DNA of 36,945 nucleotides from Castellaniella sp. (GCA_027324645.1 DAHVSI010000238.1:1-36945), one strand, 5' to 3'. Positions 18,369 through 27,230 are shown, counted from the first letter of the stretch. Numbers and translations are program-made. Notes: generated from the sequence alone by a model not told the origin.

Positions 18369-19099
18369 CAACACAACACGTTGTTTCAGTTCAGGACATT
18401 TTGGCGGGCTACACCCCCGAGGTAGATATTCTGCGTGGCATGACACTCCATGCCGATCAGTCCGAAATCGTGACCCTGCTGGGTCCAAATGGCTGCGGCA
18501 AATCTACCTTGCTCAAAGCTATTGCGGGCTACCTGATTCCGCATACCGGCCAGGTCGTGCTCGATGGCAATGACGTCACCCGTATTCCTGTGCACGAAAA
18601 AATCCGCCATTGCAGTCTGGGTATCGTGCCCCAAACAGATAACGTCTTTACCGCCTTGTCGGTACGTGACAACCTTCTGGTTGGAGGGCACTATCTTGAC
18701 AACGCACAAAACGCCCGGCGTATCGATGCACTTTGCGAGCTGTATCCCATGCTCGCACGCAAGCTTCGGGCACCGGCTGCATCCCTGTCCGGGGGCGAAC
18801 GGCAAATCCTGGCGCTGGCCCGGGCACTCATGCCCGAACCCTCCATTTTGCTGCTCGACGAACCCTCGGCTGGCCTGTCCCCCAAAATGCTGCAAGAGGT
18901 ATTTGAGGCGATCGTCAACGTACGTGACCGCGAACAGGTTACCATCCTGATGGTCGAACAAAATGCCATGGAGGCATTACGCATTTCTGATCGTGCGTAC
19001 GTCCTGGCCATGGGAAAAATCGCATTGACCGGAAATGCGCACGACCTGATGCACGACGAGCAAATGCGTGAGCTATATCTGGGCGGACAGGCGGGCTGA
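18365..19099 (+). CDS. ABC transporter ATP-binding protein (LivF family)
   Basis: Walker A GPNGCGKST, signature LSGGERQ, Walker B LLLDEPSAG. Confidence 0.88.
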   Translation: MTTQHVVSVQDILAGYTPEVDILRGMTLHADQSEIVTLLGPNGCGKSTLLKAIAGYLIPHTGQVVLDGNDVTRIPVHEKIRHCSLGIVPQTDNVFTALSVRDNLLVGGHYLDNAQNARRIDALCELYPMLARKLRAPAASLSGGERQILALARALMPEPSILLLDEPSAGLSPKMLQEVFEAIVNVRDREQVTILMVEQNAMEALRISDRAYVLAMGKIALTGNAHDLMHDEQMRELYLGGQAG

Positions 19100-22000
19100 C
19101 GGCGGAACGGCGTGTTCCTGACGCTGCATGAACGCAGTCAGGATGGCTGCGGTATGTGAGCGATCCGCATGCTGCATCACCTGCTCCGGCGTGCCTTCTG
19201 CTACCAGGCGGCCACCGCCTGTTCCCCCTTCCGGCCCCAGGTCCAGCAGCCAGTCGGCCTCGGCAATGACATCCAGGTTGTGTTCTATCACGACCACCGT
19301 GTTGCCTGCGCTGGTCAGGCGGTGCAATACACCGATCAGCTTTTCAACGTCAGCCATCGACAGACCTACCGTGGGTTCATCCAGCACATAGAACGTGCGG
19401 GGCTGGCGAGAAGCGCGGCCGGTGCGCCGTACCCCTTCGTCCAGGCGCGCCTTGACGAGCTCTGTGACCAGCTTGACCCGCTGGGCTTCGCCTCCTGACA
19501 GGGTGGGTGACGGCTGCCCCAGCGTCAAATATCCCAGACCAACATCCTGCATCAGTTTGAGGGGACGCAGGATGTTCTGATGGGCTTGAAAGTAGGGAAT
19601 GGCTTCATCTACGTTCATGGCCAATACCTGGCCAATATGCTTGCCCTGCCAGGTCACGCCAAGCGTATCGGGGTTGAAGCGGTCGCCGTGGCATGCGTCG
19701 CAAGGCACCTTGATGTCGGGCAGGAAGTTCATTTCAACCGTTCGCATTCCCTGGCCTGCACAAACCGGGCAACGCCCGTCGCCCGTATTGAATGAGAACC
19801 GGGTAGCCGTCCAGCCCCGCAAGCGGGCTTCCTGCGTGCTGGCAAACAACCGCCGGATTGCATCCCAGAAACCGATATAGGTAGCGGGGCACGAGCGTGG
19901 CGTTTTGCCGATGGGCGTCTGGTCGACCTCCAGGACGCGGTCAATGTGTTCGCTGCCTTCGATTCGGCGACAGCCCTGAACGGCCTGTTCGTTGCTTGTA
20001 TGGTCGTTGCGTGTGTGGTGCAGCATGCCTGACAAGCTGGTCAGTAATACGTCACGGGCCAGTGTGGATTTACCCGAGCCCGATACACCGGTGACTACCG
20101 TGAGCCGCTGGGCAGGAATGCGCGCGTCCACATTGCGCAGATTATGCTTGTGCGCGTCACGCACGATGATAAAGGGATGGTCGCTGGCAATGGCACGCCG
20201 GGGTTGCATAGGGTGGTGCAGTGGGTCGCGCAGATACCGGCCCGTTAGGGAATGCTCACTGGCCATGATGTCGTCAACGGTTCCCTGTGCCACGACTTGC
20301 CCGCCACGGGTGCCTGCTCCCGGGCCCATGTCGATCACGTGTGCAGCGCGCCGGATGGTGTCCTCGTCGTGCTCCACCACGACCAGCGTGTTGCCATGGT
20401 TACCCAAGGCTTGCAGGGCGTTAAGCAAAATACGGTTATCTCGGGGGTGCAAGCCAATGGTGGGTTCATCCAGCACGTAGCATACGCCCTGCAGATTGCT
20501 GCCAAGCTGTGCAGCAAGACGAATACGCTGAGCTTCTCCGCCCGACAGCGTGGGTGCCGCACGGTCCAGTGAAAGATAACCCAGGCCGACTTCAAGCATA
20601 AAGGCAAGCCGGTTGCGGATCTCTGACAGGACATCGCGCGCAATTTCGGCTTCCCGTCCTTCAGTGACCAGTTCGGTGAAAAACTGGTTCGCATCTGTGA
20701 CGGGCATGGCTCCAAGCTGTGCTATGGATTTGCCGCGCCACTGTACGGCCAGTGACACCGGGTTCAGGCGTTGGCCCTGACAGTGACGGCACAAATCTGC
20801 CTCGTGGCTTTCATCAACCCAGGTCTGCTCTTCGCCGGTCTGTTCTGCATCAAACCCTTTAATATGGCGGCCCGTACCAAAACAGTGCGGGCACCAGCCG
20901 TGCTTGGAGTTATAAGAAAACAGGCGCGGATCGGGCTCGGGAAAGCTGGTCGCGCAACTGGGACAGGCGCGGTTGGTAGAAAAATTCAGCCATTGCACGT
21001 CAGTCCGTATACCGTGCGCACGACGTTCTGGCAGTGTTTGCGCAGGCGTGCCCTGGGTTAGCCCAGTCATCACGGCAAGGTTTCCGTGGCCATGTTCCAG
21101 GGCTTTTCTGATGGCTTGCCGAAGCCCCAGCTCGTCGGCTGGATCAACCAGCATATCTGCCACAGGCAAGTGTATGGTGTGTTCTTTATAGCGATCAAGA
21201 CGTGGCCAGGGCTCAACAGGGACGAATTGACCATCCACGTGCAAATGGGTGTATCCCCGGGCGGCAGCCCATTTTGCCAGGTCGGTGTAATAGCCCTTGC
21301 GCGCAACAACCAGGGGTGCCAGCAGGCCAATGTGTTCGCCCCGGTGCTGGGCCAACAGGCGGGCGGCAATCTGTTCGGGCGATTGTGGCTGAACAGGTAT
21401 CTGGCAGTCTGGACACATCTGCGTGCCCAGTCTGACATACAGCAGGCGCAGGAAATGGTGGATTTCAGTCATGGTGGCGACAGTCGATTTATGACCGCCG
21501 CGACTTGTACGCTGCTCGATGGCAACGGTGGGTGGAATGCCGTATATGGCGTCCACGTCAGGCTGCCCCGCCGGCTGAACAATGCTGCGGGCGTAGGCGT
21601 TGAGGGACTCAAGATAGCGGCGCTGCCCTTCATTGAACAGGATATCGAACGCCAGCGTGGATTTGCCAGATCCTGAAACCCCAGTGATGACGGTAAAGAT
21701 GTCATGGGGGATTCGGACGTTAACGCCCTGAAGGTTGTGCTCGCACGCGTTGACGACCTCGATATCGTGCAGTGTGACGGGCGTGGGCTGGTATGCTGAC
21801 GCGTCCTGCGGCAGCGGCTCGCTCAGGTGGTGCGGCGTGGCCGGAGCTCTGTCGTGGATGATATGCGCATCGTAATCACGCAGTGCCTGGCCGGTATGGG
21901 AGGCAGGGTGCGCCATGAGTGTTTCAGGCGTCCCGGTTGCGACGACCTCGCCGCCCGCCTCACCACCTTCCGGGCCCAGGTCAATCAGCCAGTCTGCGGC

Positions 22001-24787
22001 CCTGACCACGTCAAGATTGTGTTCAATAATGAGCAATGAATGGCCGGCACCCAGGAGTTTTCGAAAAGCACCCATCAGCCGGGCCACGTCGTCGGCATGC
22101 AAACCTGTGGTGGGCTCATCGAACAGCAACAGATTGCCCTTGCGGGCAACCCCGGCCTTTGCACCGCGCATTTTTGCTGCCGCTGCCAGATGGCCGGCCA
22201 GCTTAAGGCGTTGTGCTTCGCCGCCCGACAGTGTGGGTACGGGCTGACCCAGGCGGACGTACTCCAGCCCAACATCAATCAAAGGGGCCAGCCCACGCTG
22301 GACTTCGTGCAGCCCGCCAAAATAACTGGCGGCCTCGCTGACCGTCATATCCAGGACATCGGCAATTGAGGCGGTCGCACCTTGATGCTCAACCTGCACC
22401 TCAAGAATCTCGGGGCGGAAGCGCGACCCGTTGCAGTCTGGACAGCGTAGATACACGTCCGACAGAAACTGCATCTCGACATGCTCGAAACCGGTGCCGC
22501 CACAGGTGGGGCAGCGTCCGTCTCCTGTATTGAAGCTGAATGTGCCCGGCTTATAGCCCCGTTCCTTGGCCAGGGCGGTCTGGGCAAACAGCTTGCGGAT
22601 TGCATCGTAGGCGCCCACATAGCTGGCTGGATTGGAGCGGGCTGTTTTGCCAATGGGCGTCTGGTCAACCAGGACGACATCAGCCAGTTGCTCGGCCCCC
22701 AACAGATGCTGATAGTCGCCAGGCGCTTCGGTTGGGCGACCCTGCTGTTTAAGAAAAGCCGGATACAGGACATCCTGAACCAGGGTGGATTTGCCCGAGC
22801 CGGATACACCCGTAATGCACACAAGCCTGCCCAGGGGCAGGGCGATCGAGATATTTTTAAGGTTGTGTGCCCTGACGCCTTCAAGAATAAGGCGGGGGGT
22901 CTGATCGGTAACTGGCAGCGGGCGGGGTGCCTCGACGCTTAAGCGCCCGCTAAGATAGCGTCCGGTTAGCGTGTCGGCCTGCCGCAAAGCGTCCGGCTGG
23001 CCGTCAAAGATGATGTTGCCACCGCGCTCGCCGGGCCCGGGCCCGATGTCGACAATGCGGTCAGCAGCCACCATGATCTGCGGGTCGTGTTCCACGACCA
23101 CGAGTGTGTTGCCGTTATCACGCAGGCGATGCATGATGTCGACAATACGATGCATGTCACGTGGATGCAGGCCGATGGACGGTTCATCAAGCACAAACAG
23201 CGTATTGACCAGCGATGTGCCCAGAGCGGTCGTCAGGTTGATGCGTTGCACCTCGCCACCCGAGAGTGTGCGGCTTTGCCGCTCCAGGGACAGATACCCC
23301 AGCCCGACCTCGCACAGAAACGCCAGCCGTGAGCGAATCTCGGTTAATAGCAACCCCATGGCGTTATCCATATGGGTGCTGGGGCGCAATGTGTCAAAAA
23401 ACCGCTTGACCTGGTCAATGGGCAAGCGCATCAAATCCACAATATTAAGCCCGGGCAGCTGCTGCAGACGCTGTCGGCCAAAGTCTGCGTGCCAGGGCAT
23501 AAAACGCGTGTAGTCGCCGGCATCGTCCACCTGTTCGTCACCAAGGCGCCACAAGGTGGCATCGGCTTTAAGACGCGCCCCGTGACAGGTGGGGCAGGGG
23601 GTATAGCTGCGATATTTTGACAGGAGAACGCGGACGTGCATACGGTAAGCACGACTTTCAAGCCAGTCAAAAAAGCGGCGCATTCCGTACCAGTGTGTTT
23701 TCCAGTCACGCTTGCGACCGCCGAAGTCGGGGCTGCCTTCAATCACCCACCTTTGTTCGTCGGCGGCCAGGTCCTGCCACGGCACATCCAGCCGGATTCC
23801 TTCCTGGCGGGCGTATCGTTCCATGTCTTTCTGGTACGGCAGGTAGGTGGCTGTTTGCAATGGCCTGAGGGCGCCATCCTGTAGGCTGAGTGCCGGGTTG
23901 GGTATGACCAGGTCATAATCAATGCCCATGACCCGGCCAAACCCGCGACAATCCTCGCAGGCGCCCAGTGGCGAGTTAAATGAGAACGTGCTGGGCAGGG
24001 GTGTCGCGTACCGAATGTTGCAGTCGGCACAGTGCAAGTGCTCGCTGAAGCGCCAAACGGGATTTGAGTCAGGGTCGTCGGCATCAGCAACGTAGACGGC
24101 GATACTGCCGCGGCCCTGCTGGAACGCCGCATCCAGTGCTTCCATGACACGCTCGTGCTCGGCACGCCCCAGGCGGAAACGGTCCTGAATCACGTGAAGG
24201 ACGCGCTGGGCTTGTCCTTGGTCATCGTGCTGGGTCTCTTCGGTGTGGGTCCGCGTGTAACCTTGCTGATGTAAGAACCCTTCTACTTCTTCCTGAGTGA
24301 AGTTGGCAGGTACCCGGACCGGAAAAGTGACAACCAGGCGCGGGTCGGTATCGCCCACCCGCTCCCGGAGCTGCTGCATGACGGTCTGCGGGTTGTCGCG
24401 CACGACAGGTTGGGCGCAACCCCGGCAATACAGCCGGGCCATGCGGGCAAACAGCAGTTTCAGATGATCATTGAGCTCGGTCATGGTGCCGACTGTGCTG
24501 CGGGAATTGCGCACCGGGTTGACCTGGTCAATGGCTATGGCGGGCAAAATGCCCTCGATGCGGTCTACCTGGGGCTTGTCCATGCGATCCAGGAACTGCC
24601 GCGCATAGGGCGAAAATGTCTCTACGTAACGGCGCTGGCCTTCGGCATACAGCGTATCGAAGGCCAGAGAACTTTTGCCGGAGCCCGACACGCCCGTCAG
24701 GACAAGCAGTTCAGCAGTACGGATAGTGAGATTGAAGTTTTTAAGGTTGTTCTGGCGAGCGCCAATGATGCGGATGTCGGAAGTCAT
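19073..24787 (-). CDS. double-length UvrA-family protein: two complete UvrA units fused in one 1904-aa polypeptide (four ABC nucleotide-binding domains)
   Basis: Start MTSDIRIIGARQNNLKNFNL aligns with the canonical UvrA N-terminus. GVSGSGKS occurs four times (24671-24694, 22787-22810, 21659-21682, 20066-20089), and there are four LSGGE signature motifs. Zinc-module Cys pairs are at aa 121/124+253/256, 277/280+398/401 and 759/762+782/785, then 1125/1128+1275/1278, 1299/1302+1333/1336 and 1673/1676+1696/1699. No stop or frame break occurs between the units. Confidence 0.9.
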   Translation of the reverse strand: MTSDIRIIGARQNNLKNFNLTIRTAELLVLTGVSGSGKSSLAFDTLYAEGQRRYVETFSPYARQFLDRMDKPQVDRIEGILPAIAIDQVNPVRNSRSTVGTMTELNDHLKLLFARMARLYCRGCAQPVVRDNPQTVMQQLRERVGDTDPRLVVTFPVRVPANFTQEEVEGFLHQQGYTRTHTEETQHDDQGQAQRVLHVIQDRFRLGRAEHERVMEALDAAFQQGRGSIAVYVADADDPDSNPVWRFSEHLHCADCNIRYATPLPSTFSFNSPLGACEDCRGFGRVMGIDYDLVIPNPALSLQDGALRPLQTATYLPYQKDMERYARQEGIRLDVPWQDLAADEQRWVIEGSPDFGGRKRDWKTHWYGMRRFFDWLESRAYRMHVRVLLSKYRSYTPCPTCHGARLKADATLWRLGDEQVDDAGDYTRFMPWHADFGRQRLQQLPGLNIVDLMRLPIDQVKRFFDTLRPSTHMDNAMGLLLTEIRSRLAFLCEVGLGYLSLERQSRTLSGGEVQRINLTTALGTSLVNTLFVLDEPSIGLHPRDMHRIVDIMHRLRDNGNTLVVVEHDPQIMVAADRIVDIGPGPGERGGNIIFDGQPDALRQADTLTGRYLSGRLSVEAPRPLPVTDQTPRLILEGVRAHNLKNISIALPLGRLVCITGVSGSGKSTLVQDVLYPAFLKQQGRPTEAPGDYQHLLGAEQLADVVLVDQTPIGKTARSNPASYVGAYDAIRKLFAQTALAKERGYKPGTFSFNTGDGRCPTCGGTGFEHVEMQFLSDVYLRCPDCNGSRFRPEILEVQVEHQGATASIADVLDMTVSEAASYFGGLHEVQRGLAPLIDVGLEYVRLGQPVPTLSGGEAQRLKLAGHLAAAAKMRGAKAGVARKGNLLLFDEPTTGLHADDVARLMGAFRKLLGAGHSLLIIEHNLDVVRAADWLIDLGPEGGEAGGEVVATGTPETLMAHPASHTGQALRDYDAHIIHDRAPATPHHLSEPLPQDASAYQPTPVTLHDIEVVNACEHNLQGVNVRIPHDIFTVITGVSGSGKSTLAFDILFNEGQRRYLESLNAYARSIVQPAGQPDVDAIYGIPPTVAIEQRTSRGGHKSTVATMTEIHHFLRLLYVRLGTQMCPDCQIPVQPQSPEQIAARLLAQHRGEHIGLLAPLVVARKGYYTDLAKWAAARGYTHLHVDGQFVPVEPWPRLDRYKEHTIHLPVADMLVDPADELGLRQAIRKALEHGHGNLAVMTGLTQGTPAQTLPERRAHGIRTDVQWLNFSTNRACPSCATSFPEPDPRLFSYNSKHGWCPHCFGTGRHIKGFDAEQTGEEQTWVDESHEADLCRHCQGQRLNPVSLAVQWRGKSIAQLGAMPVTDANQFFTELVTEGREAEIARDVLSEIRNRLAFMLEVGLGYLSLDRAAPTLSGGEAQRIRLAAQLGSNLQGVCYVLDEPTIGLHPRDNRILLNALQALGNHGNTLVVVEHDEDTIRRAAHVIDMGPGAGTRGGQVVAQGTVDDIMASEHSLTGRYLRDPLHHPMQPRRAIASDHPFIIVRDAHKHNLRNVDARIPAQRLTVVTGVSGSGKSTLARDVLLTSLSGMLHHTRNDHTSNEQAVQGCRRIEGSEHIDRVLEVDQTPIGKTPRSCPATYIGFWDAIRRLFASTQEARLRGWTATRFSFNTGDGRCPVCAGQGMRTVEMNFLPDIKVPCDACHGDRFNPDTLGVTWQGKHIGQVLAMNVDEAIPYFQAHQNILRPLKLMQDVGLGYLTLGQPSPTLSGGEAQRVKLVTELVKARLDEGVRRTGRASRQPRTFYVLDEPTVGLSMADVEKLIGVLHRLTSAGNTVVVIEHNLDVIAEADWLLDLGPEGGTGGGRLVAEGTPEQVMQHADRSHTAAILTAFMQRQEHAVPPSARLSAQI

Positions 24788-24803
24788 GGTTCTATGATAA
24801 ACG

Positions 24804-24830
24804 TTGAGGCGGCGCGTCGAGTGGTAGAAT
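24804..24830 (+). promoter_or_regulatory. putative sigma70-type promoter with extended -10 for the 42-codon minigene
   Basis: TGgTAGAAT (TG at 24822-24823, hexamer at 24825-24830) with TTGAGG at 24804-24809. The spacer is only 15 nt, so the -35 assignment is weak. Confidence 0.3.
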
Positions 24831-24869
24831 GGCCCAGGATCCGGTAAATTATCCTCAAGAGGTTTTTTT

Positions 24870-24998
24870 ATGAAAGAAATCAATCGCACGCGACGCAACT
24901 CGATCGAGCGTCGCAGCCTAAGCAAGTCGTTCAAACGCTTGTTTGTCAATGCGCCACGTGGCACGTTCAAAATGCTTGAAAAGGTCAAGCGCGCCTAA
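24870..24998 (+). CDS. unannotated small ORF encoding a 42-aa strongly basic peptide (MKEINRTRRNSIERRSLSKSFKRLFVNAPRGTFKMLEKVKRA)
   Basis: It is below the 60-aa cut-off of the ORF track. AAGAGG (24857-24862) lies 7 nt upstream of the ATG. It has a TAA stop and an intrinsic terminator 13 nt downstream. G/C is enriched at third codon positions (28 of 42). The peptide has 14 K/R and 3 D/E. Confidence 0.45.
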   Translation: MKEINRTRRNSIERRSLSKSFKRLFVNAPRGTFKMLEKVKRA

Positions 24999-25011
24999 TT
25001 AGGCACAGTCG

Positions 25012-25043
25012 GCCGGCGGAATAGGTTCTGCCGGCATTTTTTT
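25012..25043 (+). terminator. rho-independent terminator (plus-strand orientation), placed between two convergent genes
   Basis: GCCGGCGG (25012-25019) pairs with CTGCCGGC (25028-25035). That is 8 bp including one G-U pair, with an 8-nt loop, followed by A and seven T (25037-25043). Confidence 0.6.
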
Positions 25044-25047
25044 GACA

Positions 25048-25470
25048 TTAGTCGTCTGGTTCAGGGGGATCCGTCAGGTCAAAAGGCAGGACTTCGTGCA
25101 GGTTGCTGGTCCATGCAATCTCGTCGCCTTCCTGGTCAACCTTAATATACCGGACGCCGGGCAAGTCCGATAACTGCAGGGCCCATAAAAACTCACAATC
25201 GTAGATGTCGCCGTCACGCAGTGACAGGCCACCACGGTTGCCAACCAAACGGGCCTGCGGGCCGCCTACCTGGACAACAACGACATCATCGAGGGTTTGG
25301 CCTGGCAGTAACGGGACGGCAAATAAAGCCCACTCAAAGCCGGTTTCAGCAGCACCAATGATTTCACCCAGTACTGGTTTGCCCATCCATGCGCTCATGG
25401 CATCTGCAGTACGGCCCAGCAGATCAATTTCTGCTGAATCAAAGGTCAGGCCGGGCGTGGCGTCGGACAT
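25048..25470 (-). CDS. hypothetical protein, 140 aa, strongly acidic (25 D/E, 7 K/R); family not recognised
   Basis: Clean ORF with an ATG start. It is divergent from ettA and convergent with the small basic ORF. I recognise no motifs. Confidence 0.6.
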   Translation of the reverse strand: MSDATPGLTFDSAEIDLLGRTADAMSAWMGKPVLGEIIGAAETGFEWALFAVPLLPGQTLDDVVVVQVGGPQARLVGNRGGLSLRDGDIYDCEFLWALQLSDLPGVRYIKVDQEGDEIAWTSNLHEVLPFDLTDPPEPDD

Positions 25471-25544
25471 GGGGTACTCCTGCTGGTGGGTTGGCGCAAT
25501 CGGCTAGCTTAGACCATTTTAACTTTCTTTTGCAGTAAGGACTT

Positions 25545-27218
25545 ATGAGCCAATACGTTTATACGATGAATCGCGTCGGCAAAATTGTGCCGCCCAAGCG
25601 CCAGATTTTGCGCGACATTTCGCTATCGTTTTTTCCTGGAGCCAAAATTGGTGTGCTGGGTCTGAATGGGGCGGGCAAATCCACGCTGCTTCGGATCATG
25701 GCCGGAGAGGATCGCGACATCGAGGGCGAAGCCCGTGCCATGCCGGGGCTCAATGTGGGTTATTTGCCGCAAGAACCACAGCTCAATCCCGAGCATACGG
25801 TGCGGGAATCTGTCGAAGAAGGTTTGGGTGAAATCTTTTCGGCGCGGGCGCGCCTGAACGAGGTATACGCCGCCTACGCTGAGCCCGATGCGGATTTTGA
25901 CGCGCTGGCTGCTGAACAGGCCGAGCTGGAGGCCATTATCGAAGCGGCTGCCTCAAGCGGTAGCGACGATATCGAAACACAGATGGAAATTGCAGCGGAT
26001 GCGCTTCGGCTGCCGCCCTGGGATGCTGTTGTAGGGCGTCTGTCCGGTGGTGAAAAGCGCCGGGTTGCACTGTGTCGGCTGCTGCTGTCACGGCCCGATA
26101 TGCTGTTGCTTGACGAGCCCACCAACCACCTGGACGCCGAGAGCGTCGAGTGGCTGGAGCAGTTCTTACGCAAGTTCTCGGGTACTGTTGTCGCGGTCAC
26201 GCACGACCGATACTTTCTTGATAACGCGGCAGACTGGATTCTGGAACTTGACCGTGGCCACGGTATTCCCTGGAAAGGTAACTACACGTCATGGCTGGAA
26301 CAGAAACAGGATCGCCTGCAGCAGGAAGAGGCTGCCGAATCCGCACGCCAGCGGACCATCAAGAAAGAGCTTGAATGGGTACGGCAAAATCCCAAGGGGC
26401 GGCAAGCCAAAGCCAAGGCAAGGCTGGCGCGCTTTGAGGAGCTGTCATCGCACGAATACCAGCGCCGCAACGAAACACAGGAAATTTTCATTCCTGTTGC
26501 TGAACGTCTGGGCACGGAAGTCATTGAATTCAAGAACGTGAGCAAGGGCTATGGTGATCGCCTGCTCATGGACGATGTCAGCTTCAAGGTGCCGGCAGGG
26601 GCAATCGTAGGCATTATCGGGCCTAACGGTGCGGGTAAGTCCACGTTGTTTCGCATGATCTCCGGCCAGGAAAATCCGGATGCCGGCACGATCGACATCG
26701 GTCAAACCGTCCAGTTGGCGTATGTTGACCAGTCGCGTGATGCCTTGCCTGATGACAAGACGGTGTTCGAGGCGGTTGCCGATGGCTCCGACGTGATCAA
26801 TGTGGGCCGGTTTGAAATGCCCGCCCGGGCGTATGTAGGCCGCTTCAACTTCAGGGGCTCCGACCAGAACAAGTTTGTAGGGGATTTGTCCGGGGGCGAG
26901 CGCGGCCGTCTGCATTTGGCCAAAACACTGGTCTCCGGCGGTAATGTGCTGCTTTTGGACGAGCCTTCTAACGACCTGGACGTTGAGACCCTGCGTGCCC
27001 TTGAGGATGCGTTGCTTGAATTTGCCGGTTGTGTGATGGTGATCAGTCATGATCGCTGGTTCCTCGACCGCATCGCAACGCATATCCTGGCTTTCGAAGG
27101 GGATTCGCGTGTGGTATTTTTTGATGGCAACTACCAGGAATACGAAGCTGACCGACGGGCCAGACTGGGTGAAGAAGCCAGCCGCCCCCGCCGCCTTCGT
27201 TACAAACCCTTGCGCTAA
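25545..27218 (+). CDS. ettA: energy-dependent translational throttle protein EttA (ABC-F family)
   Basis: N-terminus [47 protein letters not shown]. It has two NBDs ([18 protein letters not shown]), two LSGGE signatures and an inter-domain linker. Confidence 0.92.
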   Translation: MSQYVYTMNRVGKIVPPKRQILRDISLSFFPGAKIGVLGLNGAGKSTLLRIMAGEDRDIEGEARAMPGLNVGYLPQEPQLNPEHTVRESVEEGLGEIFSARARLNEVYAAYAEPDADFDALAAEQAELEAIIEAAASSGSDDIETQMEIAADALRLPPWDAVVGRLSGGEKRRVALCRLLLSRPDMLLLDEPTNHLDAESVEWLEQFLRKFSGTVVAVTHDRYFLDNAADWILELDRGHGIPWKGNYTSWLEQKQDRLQQEEAAESARQRTIKKELEWVRQNPKGRQAKAKARLARFEELSSHEYQRRNETQEIFIPVAERLGTEVIEFKNVSKGYGDRLLMDDVSFKVPAGAIVGIIGPNGAGKSTLFRMISGQENPDAGTIDIGQTVQLAYVDQSRDALPDDKTVFEAVADGSDVINVGRFEMPARAYVGRFNFRGSDQNKFVGDLSGGERGRLHLAKTLVSGGNVLLLDEPSNDLDVETLRALEDALLEFAGCVMVISHDRWFLDRIATHILAFEGDSRVVFFDGNYQEYEADRRARLGEEASRPRRLRYKPLR

Positions 27219-27230
27219 CAGGAGCCTGTG

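Noticed and set aside
24788-24988. The 67-codon N-terminal extension of the uvrA-like ORF given in the track (start at 24988).
   Set aside because: The canonical UvrA N-terminus (M-x-x-I-x-I-x-GAR-x-NNLKN) begins exactly at the ATG at 24787. The extension is Arg/Leu-rich and not protein-like. It is antisense to the plus-strand minigene and shares its wobble positions, a frame relationship that commonly keeps a spurious ORF open.
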